Shown: positions 12,981 through 26,453, counted from the stretch's first letter. The stretch: 64,000 nucleotides of DNA from Marsupella aquatica (GCA_973895155.1 OZ316891.1:14911037-14975036), one strand, 5' to 3'. The notes: generated from the letters alone by a model not told the origin. Numbers and translations: made by a program.

Positions 12981-15900
12981 ATGGCATGGAATGTTTCAGG
13001 ACTTTCCATAGAAACAGCAATTGGAGGGGAACCTTTGTTTGAGAATTTTGACATCTTGCTTTTCACGGAGACTTGGGAATATGAGGGAAATGCTCTACCT
13101 AGCATTAAAGGCTTTACTTGCATACAATCCATCTTCAATGAGAAGAAGACCACACGGGGAAGAGGGTTTGGAGGCATTGCTGTCTACACCAAGAATCAAC
13201 TTCAACACATCACCTCTATTGAGCATGAAGATCCCAGCAAGCAGTTCATGGTGGTGAGACTTCATACCAGAGGTACTCCATCATTTCTGATTGTCACCTA
13301 CTTTGCTCCCCTTAATATGAATGTCTATAAGATGGGAATTGCTGATGCACATTATCCCTTTCATAGGTTAATCCAAGTCATTCATGATATATCACCACTA
13401 GGGGAGACATGGATAGTGGGGGACTTTAATGCCAGGGTATCTAATGAACAATTTACTGAAAGTGAGGACTTAGGAACTTTACCTTGGTCATCATGTAGTG
13501 AAGAGATACCTTGGGTGAGAGAGGCTCTTGACACCAGAACAAATGACATGACACGTCACTTTTTGCATTTGGGAGCTTCTTGTAATCTAAGAATATTGAA
13601 TGGGCTTGAGAGATTTCCCCAATCATCTAGTTACACTTTTAAATCTAAACAAGGATGTAGTACCATTGATTACCTTCTTGCCTCACCTACCTCTGCCACT
13701 AGAGTGGTTGACTTTCAAATACTTGATCAACAACCAGAGTCTTCACACTTGCCTTTGTTGTTCCATCTTGACCTGACCACAATCCCAAACAAAGTGCATA
13801 GAAAGCCAGTACCCAAACCTCTGTTTCTAGACCCTGATAGAGAAGTCATCTTCAAAGCCAACTTTGAACATCTTCTCCATACCCTGGATGATCAGATTGA
13901 GCTCTCAGAAGTCATAGCACAAGCAGCAGCCTCTACTTTCTCCACCAAACCCCCTAGAAAGCAAAACATGAAGGCTTGGTTTGACGAGGATTGTGCTAGA
14001 GCAAGGATGCAAGCAAGATCACATTCAGGGGAAAAGAGACTTTTGGCATTCACTATGTACAAGAACTTCATCAAACACAAGAAGAGGTGCTTCTTGAAGA
14101 GTCATCAACAATCACTATGTGAGGAGTTCATCAAACATCCAAAACGTTTTTGGGAGAGAATGCAATCAGGCAAGACTACTCCCCCCTTGGATCACCAGGA
14201 CCTGGTAACCTATGTCACATCCTTGTATTTCTTTCCAGATGCTAGTGGCATGCCTTTACCCCTTGGGGACACCATTCAGTTTACAGAGAGGGAGGTGAAG
14301 GTGCATCTTTCCCACATGCAACATGGGAAAGCTAAAGATCTGTTGGGCCTGAACTTGGAGCTTCTTTTGTGGGGAGGACCCTCTTTACTAACAAACTTGG
14401 TGCATGAGCTGAATCAAGCAATGGCTTTAGGTTTACCTAAAGCTTGGATGACCAGAAGAGTGGTGCCTATCTTCAAGGCAGGCAACAAGGACGATGTGCA
14501 CAACTACAGAACCATCATGGTAGGCAATACTTTTGCTAAAGTTTTGGGAGGACTACTTGAAGCCAGATTAAGCTCTTGGTTGGAGAGTGAGATGAAAAGG
14601 GCACCTTCACAAGCAGGTTTTAGGAGAGAATTCAGCACTATGGATCACATTCTCTGCTTGAGGGTGTTGTGTGAAAAGGCCAAATCTCCACATAAACCAT
14701 TATTTTGCTTGTTTGTGGACTTCTCCAAGGCCTTTGACAAAGTTTCCCGATCCAAGCTTTGGGATAGGATGGTGGAGTTGGAAGTGCCTGAAGAGCTCAG
14801 GTTGGCTGTTTCTAAATTGTACCAAGAAGTGCGCATCAAACTTTCAAAGGAAACCTCTGAAGAAATCTGGAGCACTCTTGGGGTGATCCAAGGTTGTCCT
14901 CTCTCACCAACTCTCTTTGGCATCTTCATTGATCAGCTACACAACATTTTGGAGGAGCATGGTGGAGTTGGCACTCAATTGGGTAGGTTTGTCCTCCAAC
15001 TTCTTATATTTGCAGATGATGTGGTCCTACTTGCTCATGCTCAAGAAGCTTTGCAAAGACATCTCAATGCCTTGGAGGAGTTTTGTCAAGCAACAGGGAT
15101 GGTAGTCAACCTCAAGAAGACCAAGTGTTTGGGCATTGGCACACGACAAAATCCAGAGCTCTACTTCCAAGGGAATCTGGTGGAATTTGTGAGGACCTAC
15201 AAATACCTTGGGGTGGAGTTCTCTCAAAACTTGAGTTGGGCCTCATGTGTAAAATCTAGGGCTGCCAATGGGTACGGAGCTTTTTATGCATTCATGAACA
15301 AATGCAAAAGAGCTGGTCTACACACTTGGAGGTTAAGGAAACATCTCTTTGGAGCTTTGGTGAAACCAGTCATTCTTTATGGAGCACCAATTTGGGGAGC
15401 AGGTGTGTCTAAATCTGGGTGACAACAGATTGAGGGGCTGCAAAAGCTATTTCTTGAGATGGAGCTTGGGATCAAGTCACAAACCCCATATACACTTACA
15501 CTTGCAGAGGCAGGCTTGTTTCCTTTGGAGGTGGAGGCACTCTTCCACACACTCAAATACATCATGCGTGTAAGAGAGTTGGAGGAAAACAGATTTCCTT
15601 TTCATGCCTTGCGCTCATCTTCAGCTAAAGGGTGGTATGCAGATGTGTGCAGGTGGGCCCATGCTTGGGATTTTCCTGAACATGAATGGCCAACACACCC
15701 AACCAAGCTAAGAGCAAAACTTGAGCAAAAGGCTTTGCACAAACTTTGGCATGAACCTAGCCCACGGCAGCAATACTACATGAGAGATGTGAACCCCATG
15801 AAGAAATATCGAGAACAAGAATACTTATCTAGCACTATCTCAGTACAACTTAGACAACTTATTGCTCAGTATAGACTAAGCTCACACCACCTTGAAGTAG

Positions 15901-16175
15901 AACAAGGGAGATGGAAGGATATTGACAGGAAAAAGAGGGTTTGTCAACTATGTGATAGCTCTAGTATAGAGAATGAATATCATGTATTCATTGCTTGCAA
16001 GTTTTATGAGGGGGTTAGGATGGCATCTCAAATCTTGGTGAAAGATTTGTATGCATTGTTTGGTCTGCCCCCTCAGCAACTTGGAAGATATATCTTTGCA
16101 GTGGATAGGGAAAGGAGAATAGGTTTGGAAAATCTTTCAGGGCTCTCTAGGTTCATAGTTTCTTTGAGGACATAG
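12981..16175 (+). pseudogene. LINE ORF2 (APE endonuclease + reverse transcriptase) with a single in-frame stop at 15420-15422
   Basis: APE motifs WNVSG, TETW, GDFNAR, TIDY, SSHLP; RT motifs QAGFR, VDFSKAFD, GVIQGCPLSPTLF, FADD, YKYLG; C-terminal CQLC..ENEYHVFIAC. The frame resumes after the TGA. Confidence 0.92.
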
Positions 16176-16507
16176 TTGTCCTCTTCTGAGCAATCTCTTT
16201 TGGTTGCTCTTTTCTTTGATTGCATTGTACTTTACTTTTTGTGGCAGCTCCTTTGACTTTCATGGTCCCGGAGTTTATAATACATTACCATTACCATATA
16301 CATACACTGAATATCTTTCTAGAAGTATTATGGCTTAACTCATTACTACACGTGACAAACTAATGTCGTATCGGAACCGAGGGATCGTGGTCAACATAAA
16401 TTAAAGTAGGTGTGCCCCTGTGCTATATATCTCAAACATTTAGGCTGGGATCGACCCTCAATTGCTCGATCAGCAGTACTAAGATGAAACTGGACTGAAC
16501 AGAATCT

Positions 16508-18731
16508 TCAATGCGAAATTCCCTTGTCATTGGCATTGGCGATAAGCGGCGGCTGTACAGGATGCAAGTCACCCGACAGACACCCATGGCGAAGTCCACC
16601 GGTCTGTGACATCTCTAGCAGGCTTTCTTTCACCTGCTCCGGCCGTAGCATTTCCTTCTCTTTGTTCTACAAAACATAAAATCAATAAATGAACAAATCA
16701 GCTATGATTCCTCTCACTTCGATCATCTGGAAACCAGTGCAGCAGCGGAATTGGTCTAAACTATAGAAATTACAACTCCCGTCGTAAGTTGGATTTCATC
16801 AACAAGCTCGGCGTTTAGGTGTTGGGTTCCGTCCTAATTAATTACCCAGGTGTATAATTTCCTGTAGTGCACAGAGAGGAAGAGGAGCAGTGCTGTGCAC
16901 AACTACTTTCCAACTAATCCCTTGGGGTGTCCCTGATGTCTCTCCAGATGATTGTAAGCATTGAGCAACTTCGCCTTTTTCAACGCTCCAGTACAGTGTG
17001 CATAATCTCATTTTCAGGACAGTCGCATTGACATTCATCGTTAAGCGCAAATGGGTGATATGCAGTATGTGCAAGTTACCAAGAGATGCCCATCGTAGTG
17101 AGTGTCCGTCGGATATCTATCTTCTTCTTCCTCTCTATCATCAACAACAGCAGAACATCTCATCTCTACAGCGATCGAGCGAATTTATGTCCAGAGTACA
17201 GACAGCGAACAGGAGAAAAAATTACCTCGGCATTCAAGATGTTGAGGACAAGGCCACGGAATGTGGTGATATTGGCATTTACGATGTCAAGACCGAGAAC
17301 GTCAAGGTTTTGCATTAATTTCACAAAAACTCCAGGACGCTTCTCGCAAAAGATTCGGAGACTGAAGAGTTGGCTGTCGATCTTGTTCACTTCCACCTGC
17401 ATCACGACATCCTTTACTTCATGTCAATGGATATCAACGTCTAGAGTACTTTACCAAGATTTCAAGATGTTAATCTATTGCTGTACAATCGAGTTTATCC
17501 AGACCAATGCAAAGCCATAGCAGCCAAGGCTGTCGAACCATTACTGCAGAAGTCCTTCAGTCGACGGTAAGGAACGTAAAAATCATATCCCCCGTGAGAT
17601 ATTATTGTTACTCATTAAATGACAATCAGAAAACCTTTCGAGCGTAATGTATCAGTACAGTAACCCTCTCAAGGTCCTAGGAAAACTTACTTGCATTGGC
17701 TGACTAAGTTCATCGCCCTTCCGCTCCTGCATTGCCTCCATGGAGACATTTAGCTGATCCACCTTTCCTGTATCCCTCCCATCATCCATAATTATTGTTC
17801 CTTTGCCATCCTCTGCGGCTTGCTGCCTCTCCACGTCATCGGGTGAAGCGGTCGCTTCAGCCAATTGTAGATCATCCTGCTTCGGATCGAGAAGCTCATC
17901 TTGTAGGTCCTTCACCTGTTGCTGTAGCTCCTTGACGTACTCAATGGCATCACCCAGAATGGAAGCTCTGTCCATCTGCACATGATCCAGTTTGGAGTGC
18001 GTTTGCCGTAGACATAATTAGTTAAGTAGATCGAGATATTCACAAATTGACAGCGTGCCGTAACTATCAAGCATTGCGAATTTGAAACTCACTTTCGTGA
18101 TCTTGGGCACCAGTGCGCGCAATGAGTAAAGACGTTCATTCAATTTCTTTCTTCGCTTGCGCTCAGCTACCAGGTTCTTCGAGAGATGCCGTCTTCCAGA
18201 CCTAGCACCGCCTTTCTCATCATCATCATCCAGTGGGTCACTTCCATCCGATGAGTCTGCACGCATCTCTTGCTTCACTTCTCTGTCCGAGGTCTCCTTT
18301 GACAAACTACTTGCCATTGGAGATTCTGCCACTCCAGCTGAATGAAGGGAATGACTCGGAGCGACGGGAAGCATCATATCCTGAAGAGTCTGGTTGCCAG
18401 ATGACATGCCCGCTGAGTCCAGGCGCAAGGAATCTCCTGAGCCCTCAAATAGACTCTGGCCTCCAAGCGAACCAATTCCCTTGGTTTGATCAAGAAAGTT
18501 CAGCTGCATTTGCCCTTGTGTATCCATCAGGGACTCGTCATGCTCCCATAGATCAGACGGTGCACCCCATGGATTTTCAGAGGCTATATCAACTTGAAAG
18601 TTCCTGGGTCCCTTATCACTGTTTGACAGTCCAGAATGATTATAGTAGAGTTTGACTGAATCCTTATTCAGCAGCCCTTGAAGGTCTCTGCTAGATCCAG
18701 ACCCCAGAGGAGACTCGGGGGACAGGACCAT
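16508..18731 (-). CDS. bHLH transcription factor of the AMS/TDR-like group (subfamily III) with a C-terminal ACT-like domain; ~417 aa in 4 coding exons (18731-18093, 17975-17691, 17396-17226, 16666-16508)
   Basis: SKNLVAERKRRKKLNERLYSLRALVPKITK|MDRASILGDAIEYVKELQ; ACT-like RIFCEKRPGVFVKLMQNLDVLGLDIVNANIT. GT-AG introns keep frame. The start codon is inferred because there is an in-frame TGA upstream. Confidence 0.88.
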
Positions 18732-21700
18732 TGCGGCCGTTGCTTGAAGGGATTTAAGAAGGAATTCCAAGAAGTCTGAAGTAAACTCAGCTGGTTGTCG
18801 TCACAGATGTCCCCCACCAGCGACCTGAACAAAATCAAAATCCTTGCACTGCTGTTAGCATATATACATCAAAACAAGGGGATGTCTTCCAAATTTGACG
18901 TATTTTCCATCAATACAGCTCCTCACAACCTTGATGACTCACTTGCAACGAATCGATGGCAATGAAGAACGATTCATTGCCTACTGTACACGAACAGCAA
19001 TTTAGCCTCTAGTAGTAGTTCACGATGAATACGCAAAGTACTGGAGACAAGTACATGAAACTCGAGGCAAGACCCACGAAGGTTAGTGTAGTTTAAATTC
19101 CCATTCCCAACGGACAGCAAAAGCCATTCAAATTCCTATACCCTTAAGAAGATGAATCCATGTACGCTTAGAGCAATTGACAAATATTTGATGTCTATCT
19201 TCTAATGCGAGCTTAGCGTTTCCATCGCATCAGGTTACCTAGAAATTTATTGTTGCATTGCCCCACATTGCACCCCTCTTTGATTTTCCATTCGATGTGC
19301 TGGACAGAGGAAGAATTTAACGTCTTACCTCTTCCGACGATAGAATTTCACACGCTACCGTTTCTCTATTTCGCGAACAAATACTCTGTATGTAAGCGTG
19401 ATTGATAAGGTGAAAGTTAAAGTGGAGCTGTCTGTAGATTATTGATGGTATAGTTCTAGCCACATTATCATTGGTTTTCTTCGTATGCAGAAGACCAGTC
19501 CATCTCTCTCGCTCCTGCCTCCTTACCTCCACCCGAGCAGTGCAGAATCCACAGGTGTAAGATATCTGAGCAATTCTTTCACTACCTAGTAGGGCTCTCC
19601 ATACGGACGGACAATTGTCCAATGAGAACTCACCTGTAGACAGCTCGAGGACTCAGAAGCAGGTTTCTTGCCAGGCGAGTTCGTGGTTGAAGTCACACCT
19701 TTGCGACAGTTTTTCCCATCCGAGCTACGCAATTCTGAATTGCCATCCATAAACTGCGACACAGTAGCCTCGCGATTAGAAATTCTACAGTCTCACACGT
19801 ACCCGCCGGGTCATAAACAGTATTGCAAGAAACACTGTATGGCCCACAGAAGTATCGTAGTCCACTTTACTTGGGAACTAATGTACTGTACCAAGGCTTT
19901 GATGGAAAGAAACGAGCTACAGTAATTTGCTGTCGACGATACCAGATTGCGATTTCTGTAAATATATTCAAGCAGCAAACAAGACACAACCTACGCACCT
20001 CTTCTCGTGACATGGAAGTTTGTTTGCCAATTTGAGTAGTTCAGCTCACATTGCACCGGCAGGCTAGATTGGCTTACGGGCAGAAATAATACAGAGACCT
20101 ATAACTTGATGGAGTTGGGAGTCGTTCGCCTAGTTATTCTGGTCGCTCGGCTTCTTTTTCTGCTCGGTGTCGCAAAATAACTGGAGAAGCGATGGACGAA
20201 GCTTGACGTCGGATGATGATAAGCTCGGCCTAGAGAACACATGCACGAACGCCATTCACTGGAGGGCAAGCCTGCTGCTGTAGTAACTGCAGGAGTGGAA
20301 GGAAGCTAGGCGAGCACGGTGAATGAGACCGCCATCAAATGCGTCCAGCATGATAAGTACGGAGTGGTTGGTGCTGCGGCAGGTGCGGTCCGTCCTCGCT
20401 TAACCGCACGGCACAGCCTGCGCTCTCTCTCTGCTAAGCGGTTCCTTTCCAGAGAGGAGGGATCAGGATCGCGGTGCGTAGTTTGTTGGGCTGTTACAAA
20501 GGAGATAGCACAAGTTTGTTTACGGCATTTAGATTACGCTCAAGTCTTAAGACTTCGCTTCTCGGATCTTTAGTAAACATTTCGCAGTCTGTCTTGCTTG
20601 TGCCTTCTTGCCCGTGCTGCAACCTTCGTCCCTTCTCTCTTTCACTGGAAGGTAGCATCAAATCAGTACTTCATTAATTCATTGATCGGTAGAAATTGTC
20701 TATCAGTTGCCAGGTTCACTAGCAGGGGAAACAATCAATTCGAAGGCAAACTTTTGCATAGTTTCCAGTCTAAGTAAGCCTTAATTGCAACTGACTTGTC
20801 TTTCTTCATATCTTACATTTCTATCTGTTGCCTGAGTTGTGTCTGTCTAGCCTTTTGAAACTCTTCGTTCATCCCCTCTGGAGCTGCTTGTGCGCATCTA
20901 TTCAAGAGAAATTGGCTTAACTTTTGAAACGGAAATTATCGCTCTTCTTCTGCTGGGGAGGTGTAGTAAGTTTGTTCAAATCAGTAGTTAAAACTCATTA
21001 GTTGATTCCTTGGCTGCATTTCATCGCCGTTTGTACGCTCCATAAGTCGATCTTTGGAACCGTGGACAATCATGTACTTCATATCAAACTTATTTCTTCT
21101 GCCAAGCTCGTACGCTGATTCAGCTTTTTCCGTGGTCGATTTGTAGCCCTGCCCGTAGGAATGACGGTCAGGAGGCAATCAATGGCAAAGAAGTGGAGCT
21201 CGCTTCTCTTTTCACCAGTCAATCTTTGCTGAATTTGACAGTACCTCCCGTGGTCTTTGTTGCATTAGCTCTCTGTATCTGACGAAGACTGTTTTCCATT
21301 TTCTCAGGAGACTTAAGAGGTTCCTCTAGAGGGCAGTGGCCACTAATCTTCCCCTCCACCCCTCTACCTGCTCGATCTCAGCTTCTCCTTAGAATTGGTC
21401 GATCGAACGAACTGTCTCTGTATGGAGGACAGACACATATGAATGACTTCCTCTTGGCTACTACGATTGGCAGAAACGAAGGGAAAAGGAATAGCTATGT
21501 TTTTCTTGTACTGGTGGTATCACAAACATGTCACTCAAACGAAGGATAAAAAAGGAGAATGGCGATGGAGCTCATGAGCTGACCATTTGCATGTCCCAAG
21601 AGGCTCTCCAATGAGTTCGTTTGGAATGACACCACTACAAGAAAAGCACAGCCGTTCCCAACACTTGGTTATTTCCTGGAGAGCACAGCTTGCTTGGGAA

Positions 21701-22220
21701 GAAGGGACTATTCGGCTGCAACGGCTTTGAATGTAGTGCAATTTGTCCATATGAAATAAGTTGCTTTCAAGTGGGTCACAACGAAAGTTCACTCTTCCAG
21801 ATTCTTTCAAATACTAGCCCACCACACCTTACTAAATCAATAGGCCTCTCGTGGAGGATGGGTCTTGATATGGATGATTGCCTAGGCCCTTTGGTGCTGG
21901 TTTGCTCGGGGCGTGTTTTAAAGTGGTAAACATTCCCAAGATTGCACCAATTAGCTACACTAGGGTTTTTGTATTCCATTGGCCAATTTTCCACCTAGAC
22001 ACACAGAACCCATTAGTCAGAATCTTAAATCTAGGTAGATCTCATAGTCACAAATGAATCTAAGAATACTAGCTAAGGAATGTTTTTTGCATCTATTCAC
22101 ACAAGGTGACATACTTGTGAATCTAAGAAAATTAGATAAGTAATACTTTAGCATTTCCCTTCCGACAAGTTGACATTAGCCTCACCATAAAGGAAAAACC
22201 TTAAAAATTAGGCTGCTTGG

Positions 22221-22335
22221 CCCCCTTCTTGTATTGCATTGCACTGGTTAAGTTGCAAAACTTGACTGTCTACCTTAACACCCTTCCTGTATTGCATTGC
22301 ACTGGTTAAGTTGTGAAACTTGACTACCTTAATAC
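22221..22335. repeat. ~58-bp tandem duplication
   Basis: CCCTTC.TGTATTGCATTGCACTGGTTAAGTTG..AAACTTGACT(GTCT)ACCTTAA occurs twice. Confidence 0.8.
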
Positions 22336-24135
22336 TTAGCTCCGATGTCGCTAACTCCGACGTCGAGCTCCTCTATGGTCCAAGCCCTCGGAACGGCCAT
22401 ACGGTGGTGACTAAGTATGGGGAGAATAGTGGGCAACGAGGTGTTGCATTAGCAAGGGCAAGACGCTAAGCTGATGACGCACACTAGGGACTTAAACTTA
22501 CTAGCTTTGGGTTGGTCGGGTCATGGGAAGGGGCTGGGCTCAGGGTGGACCGTTCGGACCCCCGGGTGGATTTGAGTTGTGAGAGCTTGAGTGAGAGCTC
22601 CTCTTGGGCCCAAGGTTAACAAAGTTTAGTTCATGCGCAAGGGACGTTTTGCGCATAAGTTATGGTGTTGGCCAAGGTGCAGCCGTCCGAGACCCCTGGG
22701 TGACGACAGGTTCTGAGAGCCTATGCATGAGCATTGGATCGGTCTGATCACAACGGGCTAAGGCACTCCATCTTCGGATGTCTAGCTACAAAGTTATGGG
22801 CATAGCAAGTTAGTTGCATGCCAATGCAATGTGTAGGTTGGAGTCCAGGTTAGGGCCCAAATATAGGGGACCCAAACCGGTCCGGGGGTGGCAGGTCTCC
22901 AAAAGCACATATGAAGGGAGTGATGTCTTCATGGGGGCCAAGGGCAAGCCCAAGTCGTGAGCCACGACGGTCGCGACACCAAGAGGAAACGTCAAATTGA
23001 AACGACAATAACTTCTCAACGGGAAGTCCGTTGGGGGACTCTTGGATACGTTGGAAAGCTCTTGAAGAGGACTAGTGCATCCTTCTGATCTCAATTGGGT
23101 CTAGGGGTGAAATGGATTCTTGTGTTTTGTGGGGGCTATCTTGCCTGCTTGCCAAATCTTGCCAGCTTGCCAAATCTTGCCAAAATAGCAACCAAGCCAC
23201 ATTCAATTTCCCACAGAAGCTTGCGTTGGGGAGGCAAAGCAAAGTAGATCTGGAGGTTGAGTTCTAAGTGCACTTGGCCCCTAGACTATCAGTTGAGTGG
23301 GAACCTTGGAGTTGGTTGCTAGAGTCACAGTCAATCTAGTCCTCGGGGGCCTCAATGCAAGGGGTGTCCCTATGTCACGTGCAAAGTTTTGGGGGAATAA
23401 ACACCCTAAAACTTAAGTCAATAAAGGTTTTATTTACCCCTAACTTAATGGAATATTTCCAATTTTGATTTAAAAAAACTCTATGATTCTTACAATTCTC
23501 GAAATTGGATTAAAATAACCCTAATGTTCTTCAACAAAAATTTAAAAGTATTTCACTAAACCCAATTAAAAACCCTACACTTATTTGCGTGTGATGGGTT
23601 GGAAGAAAAGAAGTGAAGACCCCGGGATCTAGTCTCGACGTTGTAAGACAAGCTTTCGGACAAGCTAAGCTATTGGGCCATGAGCATGTCTTGGGGGCAA
23701 GGCGATTAGCCAATGACGGATAGAAAGTGGGGAGGCACGGGCAACACCCAAAGAGGTGTTGTTCTAGACAAACAATGGGTGTTGGCTCTGGCTTTGACTT
23801 ATGGCAAGGCCATGCGGGCCCGGGAGGTTCTATTTGCTGAGCTTGAGTTCTCTTTACCAATGTTTGTTGAGCTTGAGTTAGGATGCTAGTCTTGGAGAGT
23901 CTAGATCCTACGGGTTACTTACTGAGGTGTTTGGTTGTTTGTGCAGACAATGATGATCGATGTGCGACGGTCGTGTTAGGGAGCAAGTGCGACTTTGTAT
24001 GGGAGTTGTCGCTGGAGGTGCAATAGGTACCTAAGTGCTTGCTCCATGAGTTCTGTGTAGGCGTTCGGACATCAGGGGCACTTAGGGGAGGGTGTTAGGA
24101 TTGGTGAGAGCACTGGTTGGCAAGGTCCACCACTG
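22300..24135 (-). repeat. Non-coding dispersed repeat, copy B (inverted relative to 1047-2462)
   Basis: Its reverse complement aligns co-linearly, though diverged, with 1047-2435; it contains a MITE insertion. Confidence 0.75.
23342..23626. mobile_element. 285-bp MITE with 8-bp TSD
   Basis: TSD ATCTAGTC at 23334-23341 and 23627-23634; imperfect TIR CTCGGGGGCCTCAAT/AGTGAAGACCCCGGG; interior resembles 38636-38932 (ACCCTAATGTTCTT). Confidence 0.88.
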
Positions 24136-24493
24136 GTTAGTAGGGTATGCATTTTTGAAAAATTAAAAAGCAACAAGCATTACAACAATCCATGAAACAA
24201 ATTCTTCCCTTAAAATCTACATAGTACTTTAAAAGATAGCTAAATCATGGCATAAATAACTATGAGTATCCTTTAATTACTAGACTATGTGTTTTTGCAT
24301 ATTTTGTATTTTAATCACTTTGCAACTTTGTTTTAATGTGTTTTTGCCATATCTAAGTTAAGTTTATTTGATAATCATTTAGCTAGTTTACAACACCATC
24401 AGGCTGAAACAAATGTACTAATGGTTCTGTCCTTAGTATTTTATAGTCTGATAGTCTTTGAATAACTATTGATGGTTATACCGTCATTAACTA

Positions 24494-24817
24494 CACTCTT
24501 CATTGTAATTAGTGTTAATATGCAAGAATTAGTGTTACTAACATTAATTTTGGTAAAAATAATTTTGAGTCCAAGTAACACTAATTTTTGTCAGTTTTTC
24601 AGAATAGTTTTTGCCACTTTTGTTTAATTGCTAGGATTTTCAAAATAGATTTTCCCCTCTATTTTTCCACTTTGAGACCACAGTGACACTAATTCATGTG
24701 CACGGAAATAGTGTTAGCACAAAATTAGTGTGACTAACACTAATTGGCGAGTGACTCTGAAAATTGGCCCTCTCAAATTAGTGTTAGTCACGTGCACAAT
24801 AATTAAGGTGAACAGTG
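24494..24817. mobile_element. 324-bp MITE-like element flanked by TA, with internal TAACACTAATT motifs
   Basis: Left end CACTCTTCATTGTAATTA versus right end (reverse complement) CACTGTTCACCTTAATTA; TA on both flanks; many AATTAGTGT/ACACTAATT copies in both orientations. Confidence 0.65.
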
Positions 24818-26453
24818 TAGAGTTATAAACATAGGTGTAATCTTAAACCATGGTTAATCCTCTTTGAATGTGCTGGCATCTTACAAAATGGGGACTGATT
24901 TGAGCTTGTGCTCAGCTTTGTACTGAAAAATACATGGTTAATCACAATAATCTACCAAAGGTGGGAGTGACTTAACCATAGTTGAAATTAGTGGCAAAGA
25001 GAAGCAAGACCTTGATATGTGCATGTTGTTGACAATGTTAGGATTTACTCTTAGGTCTAGAGTTACGACTGTACCATAGTTAAGGCTAACCTTAGTCGCT
25101 GACATGGTTAGGTTAGTCATGTTGTGCACACTCTATAAGCAAGCAGTGTTTGCTTGGAGAGATGGAACTCGGGCTCATTCTTACGGAGCTAGTTGAGAGA
25201 TAGAGAGAGCTTGTGCTGTGGATGTTTGGTATGGCCGGTCGGCCTAGAGTGCAGTAAAGCTCTTGTGTGTTCCCGTGGACGTAGCCTCATGAGGAGGTGA
25301 ACCACATATCTCTTTGTGTCGACTATTGTGGGCTAGATGATTCATGGGCTTGCCGTTGCAATCGTCGTCGATACTTAACAATTGGTATCAGAGCATGTCT
25401 GGGAGGTGACGAGGTCTTTTTTGTGACGGTTTTTCCAGCGTTCATTGTCGGTGTTACATTTGGAGTTTTGTCGCATGAAACTCGAATGTGTGTGGTTGAA
25501 CGAATAGATTAGTGAGAGGGCTTTCTAACGGTGGTTAGAACTTGCTGATCGGTATCCGTGGTGTGGAGGAATCAAAGTTTGTGTCAATCTGGAGTTTTTT
25601 CGTGTTCGATGGTATTTTGGGGGAGAAACTAGAGATCGTTTTTTCAACGGTTTGAGTTGTGCGGTGCGGGAGGCATCGCATGTTATAGCTCATGTTGGAC
25701 GTTAAAGCGAGCTGTTCATTTTGGTAGTTGAGTTGCTGTCGAGTGGTTACCGAGTGCGTCATGACGAGTGAAGGAGACGTTCAGATTTTTTCACAGGCTA
25801 TGGAGCTTGTTCTCATCTGAACCGGGTTAATCGTCGTCACGTCCAACTTGGAGGAAGAAACGCGAAGTGCTACGGCTCAATGTTTTGATCGCGGCAAGGC
25901 GGTCATTTTGAGTCCGAGATTGGCACTTGACGTGGAGTGAGTATGACACGACGGAAGATTTTTTCTCTGCTGAGCTCACAGATTGTGTCGGTGCAATTCG
26001 GCAACATTTCCCCGTCGGCGGTCATCATTTTTACTCGTGGAATTGGCGGCAACAAGCAACGTTGGATGTTGGCAAATTGTGTTTCCTACGGCAACTTAGC
26101 GCACCGCGGAGAGGTGAGGTGCGGCGACGACCTAGGGCACAAGGAAAAGACAAAGTTAGTGAACAGTAACTTTGTCCAGGAATTGCGGCAGGATTTTCAT
26201 AGCAACAGGGTTTCTAGGGAGACCCGGAGTGACCAGAGGGAGCCTCGCTCCAAGGGCGCCCCTAGGGCACCTCACTCCAAGAGCGACCCAAAGTGACTAG
26301 GGGGACCAAAATTTGTATAACTTTTCCGTCGAAGTTTGTTTTTGATTTTGGTTTTCAGTCTTGGACTCCTAGCCTCATGGGCTACGCGGCAATGATTAGT
26401 TTTGAGTTTTTTGAGAAGTTGTGAAAAACATTGTTTTTTTGTGATTTTCTCAT

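Larger units (their letters stand above)
11366..16297 (+). mobile_element. Near-intact non-LTR retrotransposon (LINE; RTE-X/L2-like architecture)
   Basis: 5' monomer array, ORF1, ORF2 (APE-RT-Cys motif) and a 3' tail of short CATTAC repeats at 16283-16297. No TSD identified. Confidence 0.9.
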
